Virus record (IMG/VR): IMGVR_UViG_3300049828_000427
Span: 1-44,835 of that record
Reading direction: 5' to 3' (one strand)
DNA length: 44,835 nt
DNA from: a virus
Taxonomy: Duplodnaviria; Caudoviricetes
Each line of letters starts with the position of its first letter. The stretch's first letter is position 1. Both the position numbers and the translations under genes were made by a program. Under the pieces are notes generated by a model. The model was not told the origin of the DNA. It saw only the letters and a program-made list of their open reading frames with translations, and did not search any database. Positions 44,706 through 44,835 of the stretch are shown here, piece by piece.

Positions 44706-44835
44706 ATGATACCACCAAAATGCTTTGATATATATAAATACAGTACTACACAGTGCTTAGGATATCGAGATCCACTTAGCGGAAAGTTAATATCAAAATG
44801 TAGGACATGTAAGTACCAAAAGGACTATGAAAAAA
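44706..44835 (+). CDS. 53-aa Cys-containing hypothetical protein spanning the circular junction (44706..44708 + 1..159)
   Basis: ATG at 44706 after GAAGGGG RBS; reads MIPPKCFDIYKYSTTQCLGYRDPLSGKLISKCRTCKYQKDYEKRMQQQKEIIG to TGA 157-159, which overlaps ATG 156 (ATGA coupling). Confidence 0.7.
   Translation, partial: MIPPKCFDIYKYSTTQCLGYRDPLSGKLISKCRTCKYQKDYEK
44709..44835. repeat. Terminal direct repeat, right copy
   Basis: Identical to 1-127. Confidence 0.95.

Overview
The window is a complete, circularly assembled tailed-phage genome of about 44,708 bp. Bases 1-127 are repeated exactly at 44709-44835, and an ORF reads across the join. All credible genes lie on the + strand and I find no integrase or repressor, so it looks like a virulent siphovirus. 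The SLH-domain endolysin, sigma-A-type promoters and AGGAGG RBSs point to a Bacillota host, probably Clostridia. Gene order: terminase large subunit; an unusual fibre-like module; A118-type portal; a MuF-type minor head protein fused to an ADP-ribosyltransferase, followed by a small independently promoted Cys-rich ORF; an island of small early genes with a tRNA-like element; capsid and tail genes (including a -1 frameshifted chaperone); lysis; then replication genes. Between primase/SSB and a phage DnaE sits a tightly coupled five-gene nucleotide cluster: dimeric dUTPase/MazG-like pyrophosphatase, kinase-deoxyribosyltransferase fusion, HD hydrolase, ThyX with an altered catalytic motif, and a miniature thymidylate-synthase homologue with the cytosine-type Asp. 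RecA, Cas4-like, RuvC-like, vWA-like/MoxR AAA, a stand-alone ligase Ia-like domain, RNase H and the terminase small subunit follow. The strongest candidate for a new system is a pre-replicative pyrimidine (probably cytosine) modification pathway. Second candidates are the virion ART toxin/immunity/NAD-binding set and two anticodon-defective tRNA mimics. All calls come from motif recognition by eye; no database searches were run.
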